Assembly (NCBI RefSeq): GCF_000196555.1
Contig: NC_015067.1
Span: 2,353,165-2,385,164 of the forward strand
Source of the DNA: Bifidobacterium longum subsp. longum JCM 1217
Lineage (GTDB): Bacteria > Actinomycetota > Actinomycetes > Actinomycetales > Bifidobacteriaceae
Direction of reading: 5' to 3'
DNA: 32,000 bases
Positions 15,404 through 25,474 of this stretch are shown in pieces; position 1 is the first letter of the stretch; every line of letters starts with the position of its first letter. A program made the position numbers and the translations under genes. Below the pieces are notes generated by a model. That model made no database searches and had not been told where the DNA came from. It saw only the letters and a program-made list of their open reading frames with translations.

Positions 15404-16819
15404 CTACTGAATCTCGGCGTACCAGCGCTTGAGTTCTTCGACGGCCACATCGTGGTCCACCGGACCGTTATCCAAGCGGTATTCCAGCATGTGCTTGTAG
15501 GCGCGGCCGATCATCGGGCCGGGCTCCAGGCCCAGCAACTCCATAATTTCGTTGCCGTCCAGATCCGGGCGGATCGCGTCGAAGTCCTCTTTCTTCTTGA
15601 GTTCGCGGACGCGCTCCTCCATCTCATCCATGGCCTGGGAGAAGATCATCGCCTTGCGTTTGTTTTGTGTGGTGGCATCCGCACGCGTGAGCCTGTTCAG
15701 CCGCTCATAGAGGTGCCCGGCATCCTTGACATACCGGCGTACGGCCGAATCGGTCCACGGCTCGTCCACATAGCCGTGGAAGCGCAGGTGCATATTCACC
15801 AGTTCCGAGACGTCCTCGACCAGATGGTGGTCAAAACGCAGCGCCTTCAAACGCTTGCGGGTCATTTTGGCACCCACCGCGTCATGGTGGTGGAAGCTCA
15901 CCTTGCCGCCCGACTCGAACCGGCGGGTCTTCGGCTTGCCGATATCGTGCATCACGGCGGCCAAGCGCAGCGTCAGGTCGGGGGCGGGCACCGGGCCGTC
16001 CGGGCCGGTTTCCAGGGCGATAGCACGTTCGAGCACAATCATCGTGTGCTCGAAGACGTCCTTGTGGCGGTGGTGTTCGTCGATCTGCAATTGCAGGGCC
16101 GGAATTTCCGGGAAGACGATGTCCGCAAGACCGGATTCGACCAACGCCTCAAGGCCGGCGCGCGGACGGTCGGAGAGCAGCAGTTTGGTCAGTTCGTCGC
16201 GCACACGCTCGGCGGATACGATGTCGATGCGGTCGCGCATCGAGGTAATCGCCTCGGCCGCGTCCGGCGCGATACGGAAGCCCAGCTGGGCCACGAATCG
16301 CACGGCGCGCATCATACGCAACGGATCGTCGTCAAAGGACTGTCGCGGATCCACCGGCGTGCGCAACACGCCCTTGGACAGATCACTGGCACCACCGAAC
16401 GGGTCCACGAATTGCAGGTCGGGCACGCGCAGAGCCATCGCGTTGACGGTGAAGTCGCGGCGGGACAGGTCGCCCTCAAGCGTGTCGCCATAATTGACCT
16501 CGGGCTTACGCGAGTCCGGATCGTACGTGTCAGAGCGATAGGTGGTGACCTCCACCTTGACCTCGGTGCCGTCCGGGCGGCGGCGCATGGCACCCAGCGT
16601 GCCGAACTTGCGCCCCATGTCCCAGAAGCCGTCATGCCCCCACCGGCGCAGTATCGGCTCGAACTGCTCAGGCCGTGCGGATGAGCAGAAGTCCAAATCG
16701 TGGCTCTTTCTATGGAGCAGCAAATCCCTGACCGGGCCGCCGACCAATGCCAGCTCGTAACCCTGTTCGGCGAACAGTCGACCAAGTTCGATGGCTTCAG
16801 GCCATACTTCGAAATCCAA
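15404..16819 (-). CDS. cca: CCA-adding tRNA nucleotidyltransferase / poly(A) polymerase family protein with HD domain
   Basis: 471 aa. Reads LALVGGPVRDLLL...DLDF...RDFTVNAM...HDIGKP. TTG start at 16819 preceded by GGAAGGTG. Positional equivalent of mycobacterial pcnA, divergent from the NUDIX gene. Confidence 0.9.
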   Translation of the reverse strand: MDFEVWPEAIELGRLFAEQGYELALVGGPVRDLLLHRKSHDLDFCSSARPEQFEPILRRWGHDGFWDMGRKFGTLGAMRRRPDGTEVKVEVTTYRSDTYDPDSRKPEVNYGDTLEGDLSRRDFTVNAMALRVPDLQFVDPFGGASDLSKGVLRTPVDPRQSFDDDPLRMMRAVRFVAQLGFRIAPDAAEAITSMRDRIDIVSAERVRDELTKLLLSDRPRAGLEALVESGLADIVFPEIPALQLQIDEHHRHKDVFEHTMIVLERAIALETGPDGPVPAPDLTLRLAAVMHDIGKPKTRRFESGGKVSFHHHDAVGAKMTRKRLKALRFDHHLVEDVSELVNMHLRFHGYVDEPWTDSAVRRYVKDAGHLYERLNRLTRADATTQNKRKAMIFSQAMDEMEERVRELKKKEDFDAIRPDLDGNEIMELLGLEPGPMIGRAYKHMLEYRLDNGPVDHDVAVEELKRWYAEIQ

Positions 16820-16905
16820 TGGGCACCTTCCCGCGTGCGACGTTTTTCTGCCCTACCAGCATACCGTTACCCCACCTGCACACGGGGTTGAGTAAGGTGG
16901 AGAAT

Positions 16906-18198
16906 ATGATTACGCCCGCCGACCTTGCCCGCATGCTGGGGCAAACACCAGATTCGGCGGATAGCCATACCCAAGACCACCTGCTGTATACGTCCGAAAC
17001 TCCGCATCATTCCGCCGATTCGGGCGATTCTTCCGATGTCGGCGGCACCGCGAGCCACTCCACCAATCAGGCCGTTCATCAAGACGAAGTAGACGCAGTA
17101 CCGACTGCGCAACATTCCGGTGTGCCTGGCACACCCGCAACGCCCGCCACACCCGAACCATCCGAATCCGAAATATCGGACGCCACCAGCGACATGCCCG
17201 CACCGAAGCCGATGATGCCCACACCGGCCACCGTCTTCGGCATGCATGCCACCGTCACCATCGCCACTACCAGCGGCACTATCGAGGGGCAGGCTGATGG
17301 TATCGCCGGCGAGGCCGGTGCCGAGACGATTGCCGAGGTCGAGCCGATTATCGCCACAGCACAAACGTCCGTAACCATCGTCACGAACGATCCCGCGGCG
17401 ACCGCTCACGCGGCCGTAGATGCTGCCGTTGCGGTCGCCAAGGCCGCCGCCGCGCACACCACAGCGATACCGACTCCGCGCGACGTGCTGATGCCGCCTG
17501 CGGCACGTACCGCACCGGCCGCAACGCCGGTCACCATGCCGGTCTCAGCGCCGTCTGCAGCACCAGTGAGGCCCGCAACGTCAGCGCATCCCACGCCGGC
17601 CACGGTCTTCGGCCGGCACCCGTCCGGAGATGTTGCCTCGCCGGAACCGGCAGTGCCGGTAGAACCGGTGACACCATCCGGCCCGACTCCGGCCATGATG
17701 CCGCAACGCCGTACGTCGGACGGTCCGACCACATTCGCTTCACTGGATGCCCAGGAACTGCCGGTCGTACGCGAATATTCGGCAGGCGGTCTGATTTTCG
17801 ATGACCAGAACCGCGTGGCCATTATCGCCCGTCATTCCCGCTCCGGCCATCTCGAATGGTGCTTGCCGAAGGGGCATATCGAAAAAGGCGAGACCCCGCA
17901 GCAGACCGCTGTGCGCGAAGTGCATGAAGAGACCGGCATCCTGGGCGAGGTGATCGATTCCATCGCCACCATCGACTACTGGTTCACCGGTACCACGCAG
18001 CGCGTGCACAAGCTGGTCCATCACTTCGCGCTCAAACAGACCGGCGGTGAACTGACGGTGGAAGGAGACCCGGATCATGAGGCGGAAGACGCCATCTGGG
18101 TGCGTTTTGAAGATTTGGATGACGTGTTGAGCTATCCCAACGAACGCAAAATCGCGTGGCTCTACGCCAGGAAGAAGAACAGGCAGGCAAACGAGTGA
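16906..18198 (+). CDS. NUDIX hydrolase (MutT4-position) with long Pro/Ala/Thr-rich N-terminal region
   Basis: Nudix box GHLEWCLPKGHIEKGETPQQTAVREVHEETGI. The ATG at 16906 follows AAGGTGGAG. The track ORF start at 16747 overlaps cca and has no RBS. Confidence 0.85.
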   Translation: MITPADLARMLGQTPDSADSHTQDHLLYTSETPHHSADSGDSSDVGGTASHSTNQAVHQDEVDAVPTAQHSGVPGTPATPATPEPSESEISDATSDMPAPKPMMPTPATVFGMHATVTIATTSGTIEGQADGIAGEAGAETIAEVEPIIATAQTSVTIVTNDPAATAHAAVDAAVAVAKAAAAHTTAIPTPRDVLMPPAARTAPAATPVTMPVSAPSAAPVRPATSAHPTPATVFGRHPSGDVASPEPAVPVEPVTPSGPTPAMMPQRRTSDGPTTFASLDAQELPVVREYSAGGLIFDDQNRVAIIARHSRSGHLEWCLPKGHIEKGETPQQTAVREVHEETGILGEVIDSIATIDYWFTGTTQRVHKLVHHFALKQTGGELTVEGDPDHEAEDAIWVRFEDLDDVLSYPNERKIAWLYARKKNRQANE

Positions 18199-20465
18199 AC
18201 CTACCCGGAGTCTTACGACATTGCACACGTCTGGCACACGCACTGGCGGCTGGCGTCGCCGTTGTGGCGATGCTGGCCGCTCCATTGACCGTCTACGCGA
18301 ACGATACGACGGACACGACTGATTCATCCGATACGACGGACGCAACGGGCAATCAGACCGAGAATCAGCCCAAGCAGAGCATTGCCATCACGCAAAGCAC
18401 CCCCATCGTCACCTCCAAATCGGGCTATCGTGTCACCGCGGTCATCAGCAATACGGACAGCACGGCCACGTCAAGCGGCACACTGCACCTGACCACCAAT
18501 GCGTTGTTCACCTTTGTCTCGCGCACCGATATTCAGAATTGGGCCGAGAACAACGCCCCCATCCCAACCCCCAACGAGTTGGGTTCCGTTGACGTGCCAT
18601 CGATTCCCGCCGGCGGCACTGCCACCGTCACCATCGAGGTGAACGCCAATCAGCAGACCCTTGCCTCCATAGGGAGTTGGGGACCGAAACCGCTGATGCT
18701 GTCGTATATCGTTGGCAATCAGATACTCGCCGATTTGCCGAGTTTTCTGACCCGATCTTCGGATGGGCTCAACACCGCGACAACACCGGCCATGAACCTG
18801 ACCGTGGCCATGCCCTACACCGCCAGCGGCTGGCAGGTCGATAATAAGGCCATCAGCAATCGCATTGCCGAAACCACCACTTCCTCGACATCAACATCGT
18901 CCAAGTCCAACAGCACGGACAAGGCCGACAAGTCCGATAACGCCGACGCCAGCAACGCGGCCAAAGCCACTGATACGCAAGCCATATCCTTATCCGAACA
19001 GGATGCCGATACCGCGCGATCCCTTGGGCAGACATTCGCCAAGCACCGCTCGCTGCAAGTGATCGCGGATCCTCTGTATTGGCGTCAGTCCGCAGTGCAA
19101 CCGTCCATTGCCGGCATCATGCAGCCCGCCGACTTCGACATCACCGCCTATACCGCACTGGACGATACCGCGGCCTACGAAAAGGCCGGCATCACCACTG
19201 AGCAGTGGAACGCCAAGCAGGCGGCCGCATGGTATGCCGACGGAGGCGACTCCGAAACACCCTCCGCGTACGCATGGCAGGGCAACAACTGTTGGACGTT
19301 GGATGCGCTGACCGCAGCACGCGAGCAGGGCTATGACACGGTGATTGCCGATGCCTCTTTCGATGCCGACCAGACTGAAGCCGTACACACAGGCACCTAC
19401 GTGGTGCATACGCCTGCCGGCGATGTCACCGTGCTGAAGGAGCAATCGACCTTGGGCACGCTGGCCAAGGGCCAAGCCACCAGCACGGACGCGCAGGCCG
19501 AGTCCAGCGATGCCGGTCGGTTGGCCCGACTGATCGCTCAGAGCGCGTTCTACCAGATGGAACAGCCCTATACATCCCGATACCTGCTTATGACGTTCTC
19601 CCGCACCACGGAGGCCAGCTGGATCGATCAGGTGATGAGCGCCTTCGAGCAGGCGTCTTGGTTGAATCTGACGGACCTGAAGACCATGGCCAAGGCCGAT
19701 CCGTACAATGTCAGCGATTCGGTCAATCCCGACAATGCCGATGATGCCAACACCGCCAATACCCGGTCGGCATTGAGACAGTTGGCCGACAGCCGGCATG
19801 ACATCATGCGCATGGCCACCTCCATATTGAGGAACGAGATTGATTCCGACGAGGTCTCGTCGTTGGACCCGCAGGCCCTGGCCCGGCAGGACGCCAATGA
19901 CACCGCCTCGCATAGCAACGATCCGACGCAATGGATTGGCTCTTTACTGGCGCTGCATGACGATATGGCGCTGCGGTCCATGTCTGGCTCCCCCCAGCCG
20001 ACAGCCACGCGAAAAGCCATGGTCAAAGCCACGAAAACACTGGCCAGCGATCTTCTGAACGGCGTACGCATCAACCCATCGGAATCAATATCCGTGTTCA
20101 GCGAATCCGCGAAAATGCCAATCACCGTCAGCAATGACCTTCCCTACGCCGTCAGCGTGCAGGTCAACTCACTGACTGACTCCATGCAGATCGTCACCTC
20201 GCGAACCGCTGACATCGATATTCCCTCGCATAGCGACGCTCAGGTGACCTTCACCATCCGCGTTTCCACTTCCGGCTCATCGACGGCCCATGTGTCGTTG
20301 ACCGACCGGGAAGGCAACAGCTTCGGCAACACGCAGGACACCGCGATCACCAGTGTGATGCGCATCAGTGATGCCAGCGGCTTCATTATCATCGGCTTCG
20401 CCGTGCTACTGGGCATTATCGGCCTGTGGCGGCAGTTCCATCGGAAGAAGGACCCCGACGAATGA
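18195..20465 (+). CDS. Conserved actinobacterial secreted, C-terminally anchored protein (Rv3909-like; DUF6049-type from memory)
   Basis: Signal peptide VNLPGVLRHCTRLAHALAAGVAVVAMLAAPLTVYA. C-terminal TM segment GFIIIGFAVLLGIIGLW followed by RQFHRKKDPDE. The GTG at 18195 overlaps the NUDIX stop (GTGA). An alternative GTG start is at 18156. The position between the NUDIX gene and murJ is conserved. Confidence 0.78.
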   Translation: MNLPGVLRHCTRLAHALAAGVAVVAMLAAPLTVYANDTTDTTDSSDTTDATGNQTENQPKQSIAITQSTPIVTSKSGYRVTAVISNTDSTATSSGTLHLTTNALFTFVSRTDIQNWAENNAPIPTPNELGSVDVPSIPAGGTATVTIEVNANQQTLASIGSWGPKPLMLSYIVGNQILADLPSFLTRSSDGLNTATTPAMNLTVAMPYTASGWQVDNKAISNRIAETTTSSTSTSSKSNSTDKADKSDNADASNAAKATDTQAISLSEQDADTARSLGQTFAKHRSLQVIADPLYWRQSAVQPSIAGIMQPADFDITAYTALDDTAAYEKAGITTEQWNAKQAAAWYADGGDSETPSAYAWQGNNCWTLDALTAAREQGYDTVIADASFDADQTEAVHTGTYVVHTPAGDVTVLKEQSTLGTLAKGQATSTDAQAESSDAGRLARLIAQSAFYQMEQPYTSRYLLMTFSRTTEASWIDQVMSAFEQASWLNLTDLKTMAKADPYNVSDSVNPDNADDANTANTRSALRQLADSRHDIMRMATSILRNEIDSDEVSSLDPQALARQDANDTASHSNDPTQWIGSLLALHDDMALRSMSGSPQPTATRKAMVKATKTLASDLLNGVRINPSESISVFSESAKMPITVSNDLPYAVSVQVNSLTDSMQIVTSRTADIDIPSHSDAQVTFTIRVSTSGSSTAHVSLTDREGNSFGNTQDTAITSVMRISDASGFIIIGFAVLLGIIGLWRQFHRKKDPDE

Positions 20466-22189
20466 GTTCAAGCGTAGGTCGTAATTCCCTGATCATGGCC
20501 ACGGGAACCGCTGCTTCCCGTGTGACCGGTCAGCTCCGCACGATTCTTCTCGCTGCGGCCATCGGCACCACCGGATTGGCGGCCAACGCCTATCAGGCCG
20601 GTTCCATGATTCCCCAATCCGTGTTCACGCTGGTGTCCGGCGGCATCTTCAACGCCGTGCTGGTGCCCCAGATCGTGCGCACGTTGAAAGAAAAAGACGC
20701 CCAAGAACGACTGAATCGCCTGATTACGTTGGCCATCGGCATCCTATTGGCCATGACCGTGGTGATGGCGGCGGCCAGCCCTCTGCTTGCCCGCCTGTAC
20801 GTGGGTAGCGACGATCACCAGATGATAGCCCTGACCACCTCGTTCACCCTGTGGTGCATGCCTCAGGTGTTCTTCTACGGCCTGTATACGGTATTGGGTC
20901 AGATCCTGGCCGCCAAAGACCATTTCCTCACGTATGCGTGGAGCTCAACCGGTGCCAACATTATTAGTTGCGCCGGTTTTACTGGCTTTATTCTGCTGTT
21001 CAGCAAGGCCAATGAACAGCCCCTCGAATTCTGGACCGCCGACAAAATCGCGCTTACCGCAGGCACCTGGACTTTGGGCGTGGCCTTCCAAGCGCTGATA
21101 CTGTTCCTGCCGCTGGCCCGTATCGGGTTCAAGTACAAACCCAGCTTCGGGCTTGGCGGCTTTGGACTCAGGTCTATGGGTCCCGTGGCGTTAGGCTCTT
21201 TGGGCGTGGTGATCACCAGTGAGATCTGCGGCATTATCCTTACCCGTATCGCCACATCCGCACCGCAGCGCGCCCACGAACTGACGGGTGCCAGCCTGTT
21301 CAGCGTGGCAGGCAACGCGACCTATCAGAATGCGTACACACTGTTCATCCTGCCCTATTCACTCATCGCCGTATCGGTATCCACGGCTATGTTCCCCAAA
21401 ATCTCCCGTTCCATCGCAGCTGCGAATCTGGATGAGGCACGGCACGACCTGGTCAGCGCACTGAATAATGTGGGCCTGCTCATCATGTTCTTCGCCGCCG
21501 CCATGGTCGTGTTCCCCGAACCGATCATCCGTGCATTGCTTCCGTCCGTCTCGATGGACGAGACTATGTTGATCTCCTATGCGCTTATCGCCTTGTCTGT
21601 GGGCATTCCATTGGGGTCGGCGTTCCTGTTAATCCAGCGCACGTTCTACGCCTTTGAGGACGGCCTTCACCCCTTCCTGTCCGCGGTGATGCAGTATGGA
21701 TTCACCTCAATATTCATGATCATCGGCATGATGGTACTTCCTCCTGAGCATTGGGTACTCGGCATCGCCTGCTCGGTGACCCTCGGTGGATTACTGGCGT
21801 TGCCGCTGACGTTGATGATGTTGCGCCGCAAGTTCGAAGGCAATCTTGGCGGTCGGGAGATCACGAGGACATATGCCAAGGCCATTGTGGCGGCACTGGC
21901 TTCCGGAGTTGTGGTCTGGCTGATCAAACGACCGGTAGTCGCACTGCTCGGCGCGGATATTCGACCAGTAGGCGGGCACATGAGCTGGTGGTCTGCGCTG
22001 GCCATCTGCGTGGTGCTCACCATTGTGCTGGCCGTAGTATATGTGGCTGTGTTGTGGGTGGTACACACCCCGGAACTCATCAGCGCCTATCACTCGATAC
22101 TGGCCCGTCTACACAAGACTCCGGCCAGTGAGGACGTTGCTGTGACAGCCCAGCCGGAAAAAAGTCGACGCTACGTAAATCAATCCTGA
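20462..22189 (+). CDS. murJ: Lipid II flippase MurJ (MviN)
   Basis: Reads MSSSVGRNSLIMATGTAASRVTGQLRTILLAAAIG..., with about 14 hydrophobic segments. ATGA overlap with the upstream gene. Confidence 0.92.
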   Translation: MSSSVGRNSLIMATGTAASRVTGQLRTILLAAAIGTTGLAANAYQAGSMIPQSVFTLVSGGIFNAVLVPQIVRTLKEKDAQERLNRLITLAIGILLAMTVVMAAASPLLARLYVGSDDHQMIALTTSFTLWCMPQVFFYGLYTVLGQILAAKDHFLTYAWSSTGANIISCAGFTGFILLFSKANEQPLEFWTADKIALTAGTWTLGVAFQALILFLPLARIGFKYKPSFGLGGFGLRSMGPVALGSLGVVITSEICGIILTRIATSAPQRAHELTGASLFSVAGNATYQNAYTLFILPYSLIAVSVSTAMFPKISRSIAAANLDEARHDLVSALNNVGLLIMFFAAAMVVFPEPIIRALLPSVSMDETMLISYALIALSVGIPLGSAFLLIQRTFYAFEDGLHPFLSAVMQYGFTSIFMIIGMMVLPPEHWVLGIACSVTLGGLLALPLTLMMLRRKFEGNLGGREITRTYAKAIVAALASGVVVWLIKRPVVALLGADIRPVGGHMSWWSALAICVVLTIVLAVVYVAVLWVVHTPELISAYHSILARLHKTPASEDVAVTAQPEKSRRYVNQS

Positions 22190-22271
22190 GACGGAGCCCG
22201 TCAAGGATAGCCCCGCACGTAGAATATCTAAGACCAATCTCGAACACCAATCACACGGAGCCGAACGCACT

Positions 22272-24335
22272 ATGAAACCGCAACTCGGAGACACGATTCT
22301 CAACCGATACACCTTGGTATCATCGTTGCGTGAGGAGCCTGGCATTCAGGCATGGAAAGCCAACGACCGTGTGCTGGCAAAGGATTGCCAGCTGTTCATC
22401 ATTACCGATCGCAGCGCTTTCGCCGCAATCGATGAGCTCGCTGGTCGCATCGCCGCCACTCGCCCTGATCGTGTGATTCCCATACTGAAATACCGTATGG
22501 AATCCGACGTACTTCTCATTGTCATGCCGGTGGATAGCGGCCAATGCCTGACTGACTACATGGTAGATACCGCCAAGCCGCTCAGCTACAGCGCCATCCG
22601 GTCGATTATCGGAGAATGCGCCGACGTGCTGCGCGAGGTCATTGCGGATACTCCCAGCGGCATCGTCATCACAACCGACACCGTTCGAGTGACTACCTCC
22701 GGTGTGCAAATTGCCGATGCACCATGTGCCACGATGCTGGCCGATACGTCCGCTACCGATCTGCGCACGGACGGTCCTGAACGGTATGCGATTCGCCAGC
22801 TTGCGGCATTACTCTACACCCTGCTGACACGCACGCCAAGCCAAGCGACACCCACATTCAATCTGCGTGCCTTGCCGCAAGACACCCCTGGCGAATTCCG
22901 CGTGATTTGCAAGCGTGGATTGGCCTTGAGCGAGCCCGACGATCATACGTTGCCAATGGCTGCCCTTGTAGAACTCGATGCCTTGTTGGGTAATTGGAAG
23001 CCGCTCTCTGAACTGAGCGATGCTGATATTGCTTTGCCGAGCGTGGAAAGCGATTGCTCGATTACCAAGGCGATACTGAAGCCTGCCAACGAGACTGATA
23101 TCGTGCCTATTCCCAGCACGTTGATTAACAGCAGCAGTCTTCCGGAATTGTCTATTACCCCTTCCCTGCCGGTTCAGACGGCCGCCGTCCCCGCTCCGCA
23201 CGCGATGTCACCGGTTCCTCTGCCTGATGGGTCCAGTACTGCTGACGGTAACCAGTCTCAGTCTGATGCCCGCCGTCTGTTTGACTTCAACCTTTCTGAC
23301 GCCTGGGAGCACGAAAATCTTTCCGGTGAAGGCACCGGTGACTGGTACAGCGAAATGAATCCGGCCCCCATCGGCGGTCCGGGTGATAATACTCGGTTGA
23401 CAGTGCCTATTGTTACCGGCGGTATTTCCGATGCCGCCGTGGGAGAGACAACCAGTCGTATTCCCGTGTTCGACGCCAGCGGCCGTGCTGTGGCTCCTGG
23501 TGAGGAATCGCTGCGTGCCTTGGAAGAGGAGCAGGCCCGCATTGCCGAAGTAAGCGCCATTCCTCCGAGCTTCACACCGAAGAATGTGCCGGATGACGAG
23601 GTTGACAGCAAGCTGCCCGATGAACATCTGTTCGGCAAACTGTCGACCAAGGTCGTTGCCATCATTGTGGCTCTGATATTGGTAGTGGCAGCGGCTGTTT
23701 GGGCAGTGCATGCGTTCCGATCCTCCGGAGACAATCCTGCCGATGCTTCCAGCAACTCCAGTGAAGGTGACTGGCCTGATATCAATGCTGACGCTGTGCC
23801 ATTTGGTGGCAGCGAGAACGCGACGAACGGTGGCACCACTGACGATTCTTCAAAATCGAGTGATGCCACTCAGAGCGAATCCAAGGACTCGGCATCAGAC
23901 AAGTCCAAGAAGTCCGAGACTGCTGATTCGTCGTCCAAGAAGACCAAGGCCAAGAAGTCCGGCGATAAGGATTCCAGCGCTGTTCCGCAACCGAGCCATG
24001 AGAACAACACGGCGTTTACGATTTCCAGCGCCAACTTCCTGTCGAATCCTGGCGGCCAATCCGGGTACGCATACTACATGCACCTTGACCAGCCGCAGGA
24101 TGCGTACCGCATGGTTATCACCATCCGCACATCCGGTGGTAAGGGCTATATTCGCGCAAATACCACTGGGGACCCCACTCAAGGCAAGCAGGTGGCCGAA
24201 TTCACCTTTGCTGAAGGTGGCACTACTGAGGTGAAGTTCACCAAAGCCGTCAAGACGCAGGATCTGCTGCTGTGGGTGCCATCGGATAGCCTGCCGCAGA
24301 ACCAGCTGTACATCGAAAAGGTGGAGGTCTTCTAA
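22272..24335 (+). CDS. Stand-alone pseudokinase: kinase-like N-terminal domain, one TM segment and an extracellular C-terminal domain
   Basis: 687 aa with a kinase-like lead-in LNRYTLVSSLREEPGIQAWKANDRVLAKDCQLFII. It lacks the Gly-loop, the VAIK Lys, HRD and DFG motifs. The TM segment is VVAIIVALILVVAAAVWAVHAF. A Ser/Asp/Lys-rich linker is followed by a beta-rich C-terminal domain. Confidence 0.8.
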   Translation: MKPQLGDTILNRYTLVSSLREEPGIQAWKANDRVLAKDCQLFIITDRSAFAAIDELAGRIAATRPDRVIPILKYRMESDVLLIVMPVDSGQCLTDYMVDTAKPLSYSAIRSIIGECADVLREVIADTPSGIVITTDTVRVTTSGVQIADAPCATMLADTSATDLRTDGPERYAIRQLAALLYTLLTRTPSQATPTFNLRALPQDTPGEFRVICKRGLALSEPDDHTLPMAALVELDALLGNWKPLSELSDADIALPSVESDCSITKAILKPANETDIVPIPSTLINSSSLPELSITPSLPVQTAAVPAPHAMSPVPLPDGSSTADGNQSQSDARRLFDFNLSDAWEHENLSGEGTGDWYSEMNPAPIGGPGDNTRLTVPIVTGGISDAAVGETTSRIPVFDASGRAVAPGEESLRALEEEQARIAEVSAIPPSFTPKNVPDDEVDSKLPDEHLFGKLSTKVVAIIVALILVVAAAVWAVHAFRSSGDNPADASSNSSEGDWPDINADAVPFGGSENATNGGTTDDSSKSSDATQSESKDSASDKSKKSETADSSSKKTKAKKSGDKDSSAVPQPSHENNTAFTISSANFLSNPGGQSGYAYYMHLDQPQDAYRMVITIRTSGGKGYIRANTTGDPTQGKQVAEFTFAEGGTTEVKFTKAVKTQDLLLWVPSDSLPQNQLYIEKVEVF

Positions 24336-24361
24336 TCGGCATCTATGCCGATGACTGACCC

Positions 24362-24410
24362 AAGAAGGGGCGGTACCGTTCGCATACATTCGACGATACC
24401 GCCCCTTCTT
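24362..24410 (+). terminator. Hairpin downstream of the pseudokinase gene
   Basis: AAGAAGGGGCGGTA pairs with TACCGCCCCTTCTT around a 21-nt loop. The T-tract is weak. Confidence 0.45.
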
Positions 24411-24454
24411 CGCATCTGGCTGAATGACACGGAATATCGTATGGGGGTGTGACA

Positions 24455-25474
24455 ATGTTTCACGTGAAACATAACGTCATCATTATCGGTTCTGGTCCCG
24501 CTGGCTACACGGCCGCCATCTATCTTGGCCGCGCAGGTCTCAATCCTGTTATGGTCACTGGTGCGTTGTCGCCAGGTGGACAGTTGGTCAACACCACTGA
24601 GGTGGAGAACTTCCCCGGATTCCCGGAAGGTATTCTTGGCCCGGATCTTATGGATCGCATGAAGGAACAGGCCAAGCGCTTCGGTACAACCTATATCGCA
24701 GACGATGTCTCTTCCATCGAGGCGTGTGAGAGTGATTCGGTCAAGCCGACCTATCGTGTAACACTCTCCGATGACTCCCAATTGGAGGCATCGTCGCTTA
24801 TCATCGCCACAGGGTCGTCATTCCGTAAGCTTGGGGTGCCCGGCGAACAGGAGCTGTCCGGACATGGCGTCTCGTACTGCGCCACCTGCGATGGCTTCTT
24901 CTTCAGGAACAAGCCTATCGTGGTCGTAGGCGGTGGCGATTCGGCTTTTGAAGAGGCATTATTCCTGACCCGGTTCGGTTCTTCGGTCACCTTGATTCAC
25001 CGACGCGATAGCTTCCGCGCCTCGCAGATCATGGTGGACCGAGCCAAAGCCAATCCGACCATCACTCTGATGACCAACACAGTGGTGACCTCCATTACCG
25101 GCACCTCCTCCCCCACACAGAACACCGGTGCACCTATTGCCATTCCTGGCTTGACGCTCAAACGACCGGCTGTAGCACCGGCCAGTGTCAGCAGCATCGC
25201 CGTACGTAATGTGGTGACCGGAGAAGAAAGCACGCTGGACACCAACGCCGTATTCGTGGCTATCGGTCATACGCCAGCCACTGATTTTGCGGCCGGTGTT
25301 GTGGACCGTGACGATGATGGATATGTCGTGGTGCAGGGTGCCAGCACGGTGACCAGTGCGCCAGGCATCTTTGCTGCAGGCGATTGCGTGGATCGTACTT
25401 ATCGTCAAGCGATCAGCGCAGCGGGCATGGGCTGCCGTGCAGCGCTGGATACGCAGGCCTATCTTACGGACTGA
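24455..25474 (+). CDS. trxB: Thioredoxin-disulfide reductase
   Basis: Reads VIIIGSGPAGYTAAIY...CATCDG...VVGGGDSAFEEALFL...FAAGD. The ATG at 24455 lies 7 nt after GGGGG. The first codons MFHVKH are encoded by the parS palindrome. Confidence 0.93.
   Translation: MFHVKHNVIIIGSGPAGYTAAIYLGRAGLNPVMVTGALSPGGQLVNTTEVENFPGFPEGILGPDLMDRMKEQAKRFGTTYIADDVSSIEACESDSVKPTYRVTLSDDSQLEASSLIIATGSSFRKLGVPGEQELSGHGVSYCATCDGFFFRNKPIVVVGGGDSAFEEALFLTRFGSSVTLIHRRDSFRASQIMVDRAKANPTITLMTNTVVTSITGTSSPTQNTGAPIAIPGLTLKRPAVAPASVSSIAVRNVVTGEESTLDTNAVFVAIGHTPATDFAAGVVDRDDDGYVVVQGASTVTSAPGIFAAGDCVDRTYRQAISAAGMGCRAALDTQAYLTD
24456..24471. promoter_or_regulatory. parS: parS centromere-like site 1
   Basis: Exact TGTTTCACGTGAAACA, the ParB-binding parS consensus. 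It overlaps the trxB start codon and first five codons. Confidence 0.9.

Noticed and set aside
15452-16684. 410-aa + strand ORF
   Set aside because: Antisense to cca, whose minus-strand frame carries the nucleotidyltransferase and HD motifs. This is a typical high-GC shadow ORF.
18990-19931. 313-aa minus-strand ORF
   Set aside because: Antisense shadow of the Rv3909-like gene. It is Gly/Arg/Leu-rich with no RBS or motifs.
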